Part shown: in pieces, positions 1 to 34,038 of the stretch
Position numbering within the stretch: the first letter of the stretch is position 1
Layout of the letters: each line of letters starts with the position of its first letter
NCBI RefSeq assembly: GCF_009914755.1
Contig: NC_060925.1
DNA: 64,000 nt
Direction: 5' to 3' (one strand)
Origin: the human T2T-CHM13v2.0 reference genome, Homo sapiens
Notes under the pieces: model-generated
What the model saw: only the letters and a program-made list of their open reading frames with translations
Told to the model about the DNA's origin: nothing
The model's database searches: none
Translations under genes and position numbers: made by a program

Positions 1-147
1 ATGAAAGTTCCATGTGTGAGAATTTCATCAGAATAAAAGCAACACAGTTTTCTTTGTTGTTTAAAAACTCAGTCTTCTGTGTCTATCTATCTTTGTCCAG
101 TAGGGGTCACTGAGGGTTAGGCTCTCAATAAGAGAAACACTAATCTA

Positions 148-551
<404 letters not shown>

Positions 552-1200
552 AATATTTCTGGACAAAAATAACAATCCTGGGCAAGATTCTGGAACAGTC
601 CCCATAGACAGGGCTTCTTTTCTTCGTATCATTTTTTTCTCCATTTCTTTAAGATGTTGGCTACCAGAGTTTCCTGGAAAAAGCTTACTAGATAGATATT
701 ATTTCATTGGGGAAAAGGGTCAAAATTCCAGAGAGAGAGATTACTTAAAATGGTAATATGGCTGTTGAGGTTGACTAGATATTCTTGTCCTTTCCCTTTT
801 TGAAGCAATGCTGTCGAAGCCTAATTTGACTTAGTCATTGAGCTGTTCAATACCACACATTACTTTCACTTACCTTCTTGCATTTGCCACTGAGGATGAC
901 TTGATGCCCTGCTAGGAGGTCTCTTGTGTGGTAATCATAATAACAAGAGTTGGCATTAATGAGTCAATGTTTAATGCTTTTTAAATAGTTAATGCTTACT
1001 GTGTGCCAAATATATTATGCATTTTCTCACTTAATCCTCACTGTAACACTGTGAAGAGGTAATTTTATTATCCCTTTTTGACATGAGATAACTATGGATT
1101 AAAGAGATTAAGTAATTGGTTCATAGATACACAACTAGAGATTGTGAAATCAGAATTTGAATATAGGTTTGGCTCACAAATTATATTTACAGCCCTGGTA

Positions 1201-2403
<1,203 letters not shown>

Positions 2404-3439
2404 AAGCAGTTTAATTTCTGAATTAATAAACTATCTTCCTTCCAGCTCCAAGGAAAAGCAAAACTTACACTTGTGTTCTTGGAGACACTTTTTTCTTTTA
2501 AATTCCCAGGTAGATTTGGAAGTTCACTGTTAAAGGTGGTTCGACACCCTTGTTAGTGTATGTTACCTACTAGGCCTCTCTAGAGGAGCATTTTGAGTTA
2601 TTTCTGCCATAAGATGAATGGTTTTCCAGGCACTTGTTCTCGGTTGTATGTTTTTGTGGTCAAAAAAGATGCATTACCAGAAGAAATGTTTATATTTTGG
2701 GAGTATTCATAATTCACTGGGCCCAGCTTTGCCCTTTCTAGTGTGCACCCGCCCCCATTCTTGCTCTTAAGCAGTTCTCAGATCCTCTCATTCATTTATT
2801 AATTTGCTCATTCCACAAATAGTTATTTAGTGACTAAGATTTTATAAAGGAGAGCAGACATTTATCTAGCTTCAAAAACAGTCTAGTGAGGGAGTAACAA
2901 TATGTGCTCAGCTGTATTATAAAGCACAAAGTGCTAAACTTTATGAGAGAAACAGATAAAGTATAATAAAAGCTCAAGGGAGGGAGAAGTTTACTTCTCA
3001 CTGGGATGGAGGGAGGAACTGGAGATAATTCTGTGGAAGTACTGGCTTTAAGCTGGTCTATAGAAATAGGAGTTTAATATCTGGAGATGGGAAGGAAAAA
3101 CGTGCCAGGATAATGAGGGAAATATTGTGAAGCCAGAGAGTTTTGGATTTAATTTGCTGATAGGGAGAAATGTAAAGTTTTACAGTGAAGTTATAAATAA
3201 ACATTTATTAAGCATTTAAAATGTGCCAATCATTATACATGCTTCAAGGAGATTACTGTTGTGGTGAACGAGGGCAGGGTTGGTAAGTTGGAGACTGAGA
3301 TTAGACAGATTAGGTAATTTAGGTGAGGTAAGTTATCAGTTGCCAAGGTTTCGTACAGTCTGAGCAATATTCATAGTCTTTGTGGTCAGATGTAGTTTGT
3401 TTGCTGCTCCTCCAAATAATGACAATTATAATCAGCAAT

Positions 3440-3660
3440 TATTGAGCAGGTATTGAGCACCTGAAACACATTAACTCATTCATCCTTACTACAACTCTGA
3501 GACAGATGCTATTATTATCATCATTTTACAGATGAGGAAATTGAGGTTCCATGAAGTTAAGTAACTTGCCCAAAGATGCTAAATGTGATGTATACATAGT
3601 AGTATGGATTTAAACCCAGGCAGACTGGGCTTATAATTTCCATGCTACTATAATACTCAT
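3440..3660 (-). mobile_element. MIR
   Basis: Core CATTTTACAGATGAGGAAATTGAGG...GTTAAGTAACTTGCCCAA. Confidence 0.8.
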
Positions 3661-5013
3661 GGCATCTATGTATACGGAGCAATAAATATGGAGATTTTCC
3701 TTACTTTATTGTATTCAATGACACTTTTGTATGTAGAATGTTCTTTGTAGACATTCTGGGCCTTTGCAAGTTGTCTCAATACCACATTGCCAAACCTTAG
3801 AGGCAGAGTCATGGATGTCTCCTAATTAAGTTATCTGAAGCCCACATCCTCTGCCTGTCTTCAGTTAGATGCCTAGTGTACTCATGGGAGGGGACAGATG
3901 ACAAGAGTTTCAGGGCCAGGCTTTGATGTCTGCATCGTGCCATTTCCAGAAACCCAAGGTTTTCAGTCCTATCGGTTATGTGCTATTCCCTCTACCAAAT
4001 TTATAATCTTAGGTATATTTATTGTATTTTTTAAAAGACTTCTCTCTTTGTAAGCATTATTTTTCTAGATTTGGCTTTTTTAGTTACGGTGTAACGTAAA
4101 TTTTTAGTCTGAATCTGCTAAAGTTATGATGCTTGTGGATATCAATTATTTTGAGACCAAGTAAATCTCAATGACATTTGAATAAAATGTCCAGCATACC
4201 TTTGCACAGGCTTGTTTTGCTTGCAAACATTAAAGTAATTCTGGGGTGTTGCCTTGTGTTGAGATTTCTTGTGGGTAACAGTTAGGGGAGACCATCCCAA
4301 ATTCCTGTGGGTAATCCCAAAGAGAGGCAGATCTAAAATCTTAATGAAGTTCTGAGTCTGTCTTCTACAAGGCTTCTTTCATGGTTTGGGGCCCTGCCCG
4401 TTGGCTGTTAGTAAGGGATATCCTGGGGGGTGCTAAATGTGACTTTAAAAAGACTGTTCTTTGTATGATAAATGATCTCTTAAAAAGAAAACTAGTCACT
4501 CCCTCCTGCCAGCCTCTAACCACTTCCTGTAAATGACAGCACACAGATCTTAGTTTCACCAAGTGAAAAAATTATTTTATTTTCATGAAAGCAGTTCCCC
4601 TCTGCTTCTTCCTTCCAACATACATATATATAATAAATATAAATATAAATATATACACACACACACACACAAGCTGCAGATAGGCAGGCTTTTTACCTGT
4701 AATATCAAGGTATAAAATGACATGTTTTTATGATCTTATGAGAATAAATTACTTTGGTTATCTTTCATTGTCTTCTCTAATAATAAATGTAGGTTCAGAA
4801 CATATCTTGGTATTTGAGTACTTTGGATTTTTTCCCCCAAATTTCCTAGGTGTTTTTGAATGACACAAACATGGTATATGATTTTCTAATTACTGATGCC
4901 AGAAGCTCCTATAACAGCTTTATGATGGCTTCAGGTAGCAAATAGGGCAGGGAAATGGCTTTCACTTTGGGAAACGAAAATATGGTGAAGGTATTTGTAA
5001 GACTGTGAAAAGA

Positions 5014-6245
<1,232 letters not shown>

Positions 6246-6378
6246 GGGAAGAAACAGCACTAGCAATTAATATATACTGTTGTTGAGATTCTTTTCTTAA
6301 AGCCAGGTGGAACTATTATATAAATAAGTCTTGTAACGAGGAAGTATAAACACCTCAAGTTGCTTACCCTAAAGTTAG

Positions 6379-6692
<314 letters not shown>

Positions 6693-7229
6693 TGTTGTGA
6701 CAGAATTTTTTAACAAAGGGATAAAATATATTTATTTGGAATCAGGCATAATAAAAGTTCAGACATGGGCCAGACACAGTGGCTCACGCCTGTAATCCCA
6801 ACATTTTGGGAGGCCTAGGCAGGAGGATTGCTTGATTCCATGAGTTTGAGACCAACCTGGGCTGTAACATAGTAAGATCCTGTCTCTACAGAAAAAAAGA
6901 CAGAAAAAGCTCAGGTGTCAGCTCATCCTCTTTCTTGGATGACCTTGGCAAAATAACTTGAATTTCTGGAGCCTCAAGTGCTTGATTTATAAAATGAGGT
7001 AATAATATATAGTTCCCAGGGATATTACAGGGATCAAATGAAATAACAGATGTAAAGATGCTTTATAGTAGCTGCTTAATAAATTTTAGTTTCCCTTCCA
7101 AGCAAGTCCATCTTCTTCGACCATCACAGCCCAGGAGCTTCTTCACTTCTCCACAGCAAGGGGTGTGTCATAGTCATCTTGGTGTCCATGGTATCTGGCA
7201 CAATGCTCTGCATCTTTTAATGAAATGAA

Positions 7230-10290
<3,061 letters not shown>

Positions 10291-10911
10291 AGGTTAGCAC
10301 AAAATTGTAGATGATCCTATTGCCAGATTTAAAAGTTCCCATTGTATTAGTGGTCCCGTCAAGGCCCCTTTATTATTTTTCTGGGTAGTAGGTTATGCAC
10401 ATCTAAAACTCTTTCCTTTTGCTTCAACAAGCTCTAGAAAAAAGCAAAAGGAAAATAAATAAATAAATAAAGATTTCACATAGAAAAAAAAGTAAAACCC
10501 TTCCCTATTATTAGAAAAAAATAAACTTGACAGATATATAAAGCAATTTTCATTTTTTAAAGCTTGTGAGACTATAGCATCTTCATCTATATCATAGTGT
10601 AATAGGTACTTTAGAAGTAAGTAAACAGGGTCTCACTTTGTCTCAAATAAAAAGGCTGTAGTGCAGTGGCATGATCATGGCTTGCTGCAGCCTTGATTCC
10701 TGGGCTCAAGCCATCTTCCCACCTCAGCCTCCCCAGTAGCTGGGACTATACACACATACCATCTCATCTGGCTAAATTTTAAAATTTTTTTGTAGAAATG
10801 GGGTCCCACTGTGTTACTCAGTCTGGTCCTGAACTCCTGGGCTCAAGTGATCCTCCTGCCTCAGCCTCCTGAAGTGCAGGGATTACAAGCATGAGCCACT
10901 GCATCTGGCCT

Positions 10912-11683
<772 letters not shown>

Positions 11684-11949
11684 AGACGGATTTTTTTAAC
11701 CCTTGAGAAGTACCCCCTAAATGAGCAGTTTGCTCTCCTCGCTGATCTTCATCACACCTAGATGTCAGGTCTGCTTCATGGGAGCTTGCTCTGTATGTAT
11801 CCTCCCTGGACTGATGTTCAGGCTCCTTGCTTCTCCTCCCGGGTTGTGGGTATGGAGGGTTTGCCCTCTGACAACTCCAGGGTACTTGTGGTGCTCATAC
11901 ATCCTCATGTACTTTGCTTTCTCCCCGCAAGAGGTTCCCTAATGCTTCT

Positions 11950-12428
11950 GTGACTTTTTTCTTCTGGCTACATCCTGAAGTCTGGCCTTGCAGGCAGGCT
12001 GGGAATGGAAAGTTAAGAGTGTGACGTCCTCTGACACCCTCCCTTCTTGTAGAAGGGTCTGAGGTTTGTTTATTTAAGCTGAGCAGAGGATGCCAAAGAT
12101 AGAGGTTTGAGTCAGCTTGACACTGGCTTAGGCGCTCCTTTTCACTCTCCTTGTTCCTTCTTCCCTTTCCCCTCCCCCGCTGGCCAGTTGTTTCCTGGGC
12201 TTTGTCTGAGATACACTGTACAGTTTTAGTCCCAGTCTACTAGCGCCTGCTGAAAAACAGTCAGAAGTGAGATGGAGGAGAAGCTGCCAGGAAGTTTCTG
12301 ACAACACTAAGCTCCGGCCTCTGCCTCTGCTGATAGTACAGGACAACAGTAACCTCAGGAGAAAGGCATCCAGAGGCCTGCGCTGAGCTTGTGGCTAACT
12401 CAAGGGAGGAGAAAGGACGGGCCTGGAA
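11950..12428 (+). promoter_or_regulatory. MACF1: Putative non-CpG-island promoter/5' UTR of the 12429 first exon
   Basis: Repeat-free. TEAD-like GGAATG 12002, CRE-like TGACGTCC 12022, FOX TGTTTAT 12067, AP-1/MARE TGAGTCAGC 12108-12116, ETS CAGGAAGT 12288. TSS cannot be determined from sequence. Confidence 0.55.
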
Positions 12429-12537
12429 ATGCCCCTCTTAGATTCATCTTATTTACCACCAACCATCTTTATTTTGACTCACGTTCTTGGAGTTGCTGGT
12501 GTTCTATACTGGAAGAGGCATGCCAGAGGTAGAGCAG
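12429..12537 (+). CDS. MACF1: MACF1 alternative first coding exon (plectin-1b-like hydrophobic N-terminus), MPLLDSSYLPPTIFILTHVLGVAGVLYWKRHARGRA+G
   Basis: ATG at 12429 (G at -3), 36 open codons + 1 nt, donor CAG|gtaact at 12537/12538. Phase 1 matches the G|AT junction of the 38601 exon, giving ...[13 protein letters not shown]. Lies in an Alu-free island with TF motifs upstream. Confidence 0.9.
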
Positions 12538-14659
12538 GTAACTAACTGGTACCCAGTTATTCTTTAAATCTACTGTGGGGCTTTTGAGGGTGGGGTGAAT
12601 GATGGAGGTCTTCCCAGTTGCTTTCCTTAAAGGGCCAGTACGTCCTTCAGCTGGGGTGCTGTCAGACTTAAGAGTGTGTGTGTGTGAGTATAATGAAGAA
12701 GCTGGTCTGCCCTGGGGCCACTTTGGGATGGGGGTGGTGCTCTTTTCTGTTCTGTGAGTCTGTCTGGAGAGTGCTGGTTAGATGAGGTGATGACTGGGCT
12801 CAAAACTGAAGGGAAGTGGCTGCTGTGCTGACTTAGTCTTTCCTCAGAGAACTGAGCTCTTTCTTTCTCAATCTCAGAGTGGTTTCTTGGAACCTTGTTT
12901 TTAACTGAAAACATACAGTAACTCTTTTACCCTCCTCCAGGTATAGATTTGGGTTGGAGAAGTTTCTGTTAACTTGGTGTGTTTTGGGGTGAGAAAAGGC
13001 AGAGGAGGAAGGGTCAGTCAGTGGAAGGGGTCGTGCGATGTCCTTGCCGAGGGGCATCCTGGAACACTGGGTGTCTGTGTTCTCTTTGATATCATTGATA
13101 CTGTTCCTACACAGTTTGGCTATGTGTATCCAAATCATCTTGTTCAATGCAAGGAAGTTAATCCCTCTCTTCCCTAGGGAATCAGGCTTTGATAATTAAA
13201 AAAAAATTTTTTTTTGTAATGGCAACAGAACCCTCATTCTTCCCATATTGCTATTAGTTATATTCTGTTGACTTCTAAACACTCAGAGCAGGGATCAGCC
13301 CTGAGTTTGGCTGATTCTGAGTCTCCATGGTTGAGGATTCATATGGTCTAACTTTTACTGGAGTGTATACCCTTGGGTCTCATTGCCTTCAGTACTCTCA
13401 TTGTGATGGGCTCACTACCTTCAAACTTAGGTATGTAGACACTTTTTATAGTGTATCTTACAAGTTAAGGTGGGGATTTGATGGCTTATTATTTAGCTTT
13501 CTATTAAAAGTTCACAAACGCCTGACAGAATTAGAATTAGATTCAATCATTCCCCAGTGTCCTTTCCAGTAAGTCCCAGAAAAGCTTTTGACTAAATATT
13601 CAGATCCTAGTGTGCATCTATAGCAGCGGAAACAAAGACAGACATTTTAGAAGTGTGTTTGATTGTGTGGTGGTGTTTTTAAAAAAGCCACCTCAAAGTG
13701 GCTTTCCTGTATTTGAACTTAGAAAGAAAGAGATAGGCAGGCTTAAGTTGTTTGGTCCTATTTACTATTTCACATGTAATGAGAAAATAAATACAATATC
13801 ATTTAGGTAGAGGCTGCTGCTTTTCTTTCCTTGTGCATTATGGTAATGTCATTTTTAAACATTAAATAACTAATTAGTTGTTAATATTTTTAAAGTTTAT
13901 CTTCAGTATAGGACTTTAATGGAACTTAAGAGCTATCACTGTATTTTAAGTGCTTTCTTTTTTATGTTTAGAAATGTTAATTTCATAAACAGCCATAAAG
14001 TAATTGAAATAAAAAGATACATTGTAAAAGCTTTTTATTTCTATGAAACAACTTTGATTCTAATACCAAATAGTTATATCGGGAATGTGCTACGTTTGCT
14101 TTATCTGTAAAATGAGAGATGTCATTTTTCAATTGGAGGCTATGGATTCCAAATCTTCCATGGAGTTACTTACGAGATTCTGTACCCATTTTATTATAAT
14201 TGCAATTTTAAGATGCATTTCATTTATTTAAAAATGTATTTTTAAAAATAATATGTACACTCTAATTACCTGCCAGTTGGACATCACAGAATAAAGTTTT
14301 TCCACCATCTCTGTGTATATATTTGTACTATTAATAAATGTACACTTGATTAAAAACACAAAGATCGCTTCTTCTGATGTAGTCTTTTTTTTTTTTTTAA
14401 TTGGAGTTACATACAGTATTGCAGAACAAACTATAGCACATAGGTCTTGTGCCTAATAATAGTAATAATAATGATTCAGGCAGAGCTCAGTTGTATGAGC
14501 TCAGGTGTTAACTGAACTATTATAATAGTGAAGTGGGTAATTAATTCATCTCTATGTAGTAATACTGTATTACTGGTTTAGTATGTGTACCAGAAGTTTC
14601 TGTTCTTTTGTCTCACTTTTCTATTTGTGTTTACATATTATGAGGAATGTTCATAGTTG

Positions 14660-21043
<6,384 letters not shown>

Positions 21044-21239
21044 ACTCAGGGAATTTAAATCTGATAAAGGAAGAGGTTACTAGATATGAGTCAGGAAATG
21101 TTCATTCCTTTTTTTCTCTCTTCCCTATTTCTTATGCATTCCTTTTCCCAGTACGAGGCAAATTCTAGGAGGACCCTTCATCTCCAAGGCTAAAAAGAGT
21201 CTTATAAGAGGGACAAACTGAGTACAGTTGTCACAGGTT

Positions 21240-22170
21240 ATCAGGGTGACTGAGAGCTTAGTCTAGGCGGGATAAAGTCAGCTGTGAGAACCTTTATTAG
21301 TAAGCAGTAACAGGATTATTAGCAGTTTGTAGGTGGGAGGGATACCCACTTGGGAGTGAAGTTGTCAAGCAACTGAGGCAGGTCATAGGGCTTGTTTAAA
21401 CTGAATGGTCTGCTAGGGAAGCTTGCATTTACTTTTTTTCATTTGTAGTCGTTTGGGCTAATCTCTGGAAACTTGCTTTCCTAGGTGCTGCCCCTCCTCC
21501 CTCCCTGCCTTCAGGAACAGGATTGAAAGCAGCATTAGCCTGAAGAAGTCGTTCTATTTAGGGAGCTAGAGCAGAGGGCCAGTGATTAGGCCCTTATCTG
21601 CAGCGGGGCCTTTTTGAGTGGTGTGGGGCAGGGCTGCAGTGTCTGTCCTGACACCCACAGAGGCTGGACTTTTCTGTCCCCTGGTTGGGTTAGAACTGTG
21701 AAGAACCAATAGAAGGGCTGGGCCAGCTGAATGAAAAAGCCCTTCATTGTGTTTCTTCAACATTCCAGTGTCTGGTACAATTAGCCAAGACTCGGAAAAC
21801 AAGTTGGACAAACAAGCAGGCAGCCTTCTACTGATGGATGAAAGGATTTCTGGCACAGCTGAGTTAAGTGCACTGACTGTAAAGACAGAGTAGGAGGATC
21901 TGGGAAGAAGAAGGGGACTTTGGAATGCCATTCCTGGCTGTGAGGGGAAAGAATGGAGCAACAAGCAAACGGTATTTTTGAAGCTGATAAAATTTGCTGT
22001 GATAATCTACCTGGGAGGCTGGCTGAGGCGAGGCTGGCTGAGGTGGGGCTACTCTGTAAAGTAGGTGGAATCACTGGGGAGTTACTGACTCTTCCCTTTT
22101 GGCAGCTGTAAGTGCGGGGAAGGGAAACTTTCTTTGGAATCTAGGGATCTGTTCACAGTGGACGGTGAGT
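21240..22170 (+). promoter_or_regulatory. Putative intragenic promoter/enhancer upstream of the 22.8-kb exon candidate
   Basis: Repeat-free unique sequence. CCAAT 21706, SOX CATTGT 21745, TEAD CATTCC 21761, palindromic GGAATGCCATTCC 21922-21934. Donor-like sites at 21971/21972 and 22164/22165. Confidence 0.4.
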
Positions 22171-22767
22171 GTATGAGCTTGCTCCATTATAGTCTCTCCC
22201 ATCATGAGACCTTCTCATTTGGTTAACACTATATGTACTTCTGCCTGAGAAGAGGCACACCTGAGGAGCAAGTTGTTGGGCAATGGATGCACTGTTCCTG
22301 ACTTGGCAGTAAACCACTTAGCTCACCAGCTCTCCTGCAACTAAGATTCACCACATTACAAGCTTCTGCTCTGCAAATGGAGGGTAACTCAAAGACCAGT
22401 TTCTTCCTACTCAGGTTTACTCACTTCATACCTTGACTGGACTTTTGCATATGGAGCTCTCCCCTCTGTACGCTCTATTGGTCTGGAAACACAGAGTTGG
22501 TGCTACTTTTGAACAGCATGCAGCATGCTATATGCCTGAGACATGGACCCAGTTTTTGGAAGTGCCCTAGGGAGGAGCTTCCTCTCTGACCTCAAGGGAA
22601 GAAGGAGGTCAGTAGGAAGTGGTGGGTGGAGCCACTTCTCTGTTCTGCTGTCTCCTCTCTACACCTCACAGCCCTTTTTGAGGAGCTGCGAAGGGTGCAC
22701 AGGCCAGTAGCTGGAGGTTCTTTGGTACCCCCTCCTTTTAGGTGGGGTCAGCAGACACAGGGGCGCC

Positions 22768-22834
22768 ATGTGGCCGAGTTACCAAGATGAACACGAGTTC
22801 AACGCCCACCTGGTTTGTCGCATGTGCTGTATGG
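22768..22834 (+). CDS. MACF1: Candidate MACF1 alternative N-terminal exon (plectin-1g-like), MWPSYQDEHEFNAHLVCRMCCM+G
   Basis: gccATG at 22768, 22 codons + 1 nt, donor TGG|gttagt, phase 1 into the DERDRV exon. Upstream acceptor cctccttttag| at 22741 gives a 93-nt symmetric exon 22742-22834. Locally CpG-retaining and Alu-free. Confidence 0.55.
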
Positions 22835-24594
22835 GTTAGTATGTGAAGTTTTTTTTTTTTTTTGCTTGTCCGGGCCTGAGGATCCCAAATAGCCCTTGCT
22901 CTCATTGACTCATAGGAATGCATGGACTTCGAAGCCTTGTGGTGTTACAACCTTTAGGCTTGTTAAAATGTGCAGTGGAATAGATTGGGGTGCCCTACTT
23001 CCTGGGGAACTTCTTAAGCTTGCAGTAACTGGCAGTTAAGAGCCCAAGCTTTGGGTGTAGAACTTTTTTTATAGAGACTGAATTCATGCTCATGCTTCTG
23101 CCTGTATCAGGAAACCACTTTTAAGGTATGTTGCATAGTGCTGAAAGTCCAGAGTGTATTTTTAGCAGAAGTTGGTTGGTTACGGAGTCCACCTCTGAGC
23201 AGACTGGCGGGAGGATGGGGGGTGGGAGGGAGGAGTCATGGCCTATGTTTCCTCTTTGGGGCTTATTGCTAGTTCTTTTACACTTTACTCTGCCAGCTGT
23301 GACAGAGAGAGAAAAAGACTCAAAGATGATCTGGGGTCAGGGACCTAAATAAGAGAGGCTAGGGGAAGAGTCATGTTAGCTGTGACTTAGATCTCTCTTG
23401 ATAAGGCATCATTAAATAATGATTATTTAAGTAATGTCCTGTGGCCTTGAACAAGTGACTTAACCTTTTTGGCCGTAGGTTTCCTTGGTTTCAAAATTGT
23501 AGGGTATACAGACTGGTGCTAGACTGAGAGACATCAATTCTCTGTAAAATGAAAAAAGATAAAGAAAATGTAGTGTGTCTTTCATAAAGCTAAACTTAAA
23601 GAATTGTCTTTTATTCTGAAATTGTCTCTCCTACTTTCTAATGTTAAAATATCCTTTATTTTATGAAAGAATTGTTATTATATGGTAGTGTGTTTTTAAG
23701 ATATCCCTACTTAGCAAAATGAAAAGTGACAACTTCTGTTAGGCTTTCTGATTTATTGTGGAACATGTATTTGTCTATGAAATCTTAGTTTGGGAACCAC
23801 TGGTTTGGTAATCTACTATCTTTTGATTTTATACTTTGAGTCTCTAACAAGGAGCAAAATTGTGACCCAAATAGGCAGATTTTCATTAAAATTGAAGTAA
23901 CTAGTTGTTTGATGAAGAGGAGACCTTAGAAAAATCTCAGAGAAGGAGAGCAACAGAACTAGGGTTCTGATCAGTCTCCTGACTCCTAGGCTAGTGCTTG
24001 CAAGTATTTAGGTGCTTTTTGAGGAAAAAAAGCTGCCATAGCAATAATGCTTGGGGCACAGAGGGGGCAATTTTAGTGGTCTACTTTTTTTTTTTTATCT
24101 TTCCTGTATCATTGAGATTTCTTCCCTGGAACCTAGAAGAAAGAATTGCCTATATCTAAAAGTGCTTGGAGATAAACGTATAGCAAAAGGGCCTTTCCTG
24201 TAACCAACAAAGAAGTATAGGAAAGTCTAAAATCTTTATTGAAAGTTTCAGGGCAAAAACGTAATGTAGCCCCATCTCCCCCAATCCCACATAATCCCCT
24301 AAAGGCACTGTAGACTAATAGCTAAGAAAATGGGCTTGGCATCAACTGTCTACACGGGGTTCCTACTCCACCACTTAACAACAAAACCAACTGGGGACAT
24401 TGCTTAACCTTTCTCTAGCTCGGTTACCTCATTTTTTATTTTTCTTTTTTTCATATCACCGTAAAATAAAATCACTTGTATAGGGAGAATGAATGAAGAT
24501 TAGCAGTGGATTTTCATGTTATATACTTTTCACATTATATTACTACTGTAACTACCAGCTAGCATTTATTAACTTATTATGTGTGAGAGACTAG

Positions 24595-32607
<8,013 letters not shown>

Positions 32608-32622
32608 ATAGCAAATTTTTCT

Positions 32623-32934
<312 letters not shown>

Positions 32935-33759
32935 ATAGCAAATTTTTCTAATTTAAGCCTTCTAATTCAGTAACCCCCAAGTAATTAATAAGGTTTAAAG
33001 TGTTAAATCTGAAACTTAGATGGACAGTAGGGTTCTCTGCTTCTGTAGAGATGCTGGTGGTGGGGAGTGGGCTCTCTCTTGTTTGTTTATAGCCTTTGGT
33101 GGGGCTGAGATTATAAAGAACATTAAAATGAATATTGCCTTTTCTTTGCCCGTTTTCCTCTCACATAAGGGTACTTTCTGAGACTTTTACCTCAGTTTTA
33201 TCTTTCTGCCTAACCTTCAATGTTAGTCAGAAAGATCTTTGCTAGGCCTGGGTTAAACTAGGGATTTATGTGCAAGGAGCCAATATAAAACTTATTAAAT
33301 AGTTTGAGAGTCTGAGCTATTATTCTGAAGGTCAGCATAATTCTTAAGGTTGCTTCTTGGATTTCCTTGCTAAAAATTAAGATATTAAACTCCAGGCACT
33401 GTAATATTCTTTTATCCTGAAGTTTAAACCAGGAAAGAACTTTCATGTAATTGATGGGCATACCAACATAGGATCCTAAAAAATGATCTTCCAGCTCTTA
33501 GGGGCAAAGGAATTCTATAAAACCCTTTTCTGAGGAGCTTATGGCTCAGCTCTAAGCAGGCTAGCTAGTCTTGGGAAGGGCTTGTAATCATGTTGCCTTT
33601 AATGATTATATTCACAATAAGTACTTAAACGTCTTTCTCCTGAGCTTAAAGTCAGCTTTTTAGCTTTTGGAAGCATGATTGGTATGAGGCCATCAGGTTT
33701 CCTTAGTACATTACCGTTATGGAAGGGCTTGGTAGATGAACAGAATAATTTATGGATAG

Positions 33760-34038
<279 letters not shown>

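Noticed and set aside
12529-12534. Alternative in-frame donor GAG|gtagag 9 nt upstream of the main first-exon donor
   Set aside because: Weak consensus compared with CAG|gtaact; no support from sequence alone.
13038-13200. Hydrophobic short ORF MSLPRGILEHWVSVFSLISL...
   Set aside because: No usable phase-1 donor; T-rich composition explains the hydrophobicity.
22752-22770. CTCF-like CAGACACAGGGGCGCC
   Set aside because: One base short of consensus spacing; better explained as exon/Kozak sequence.
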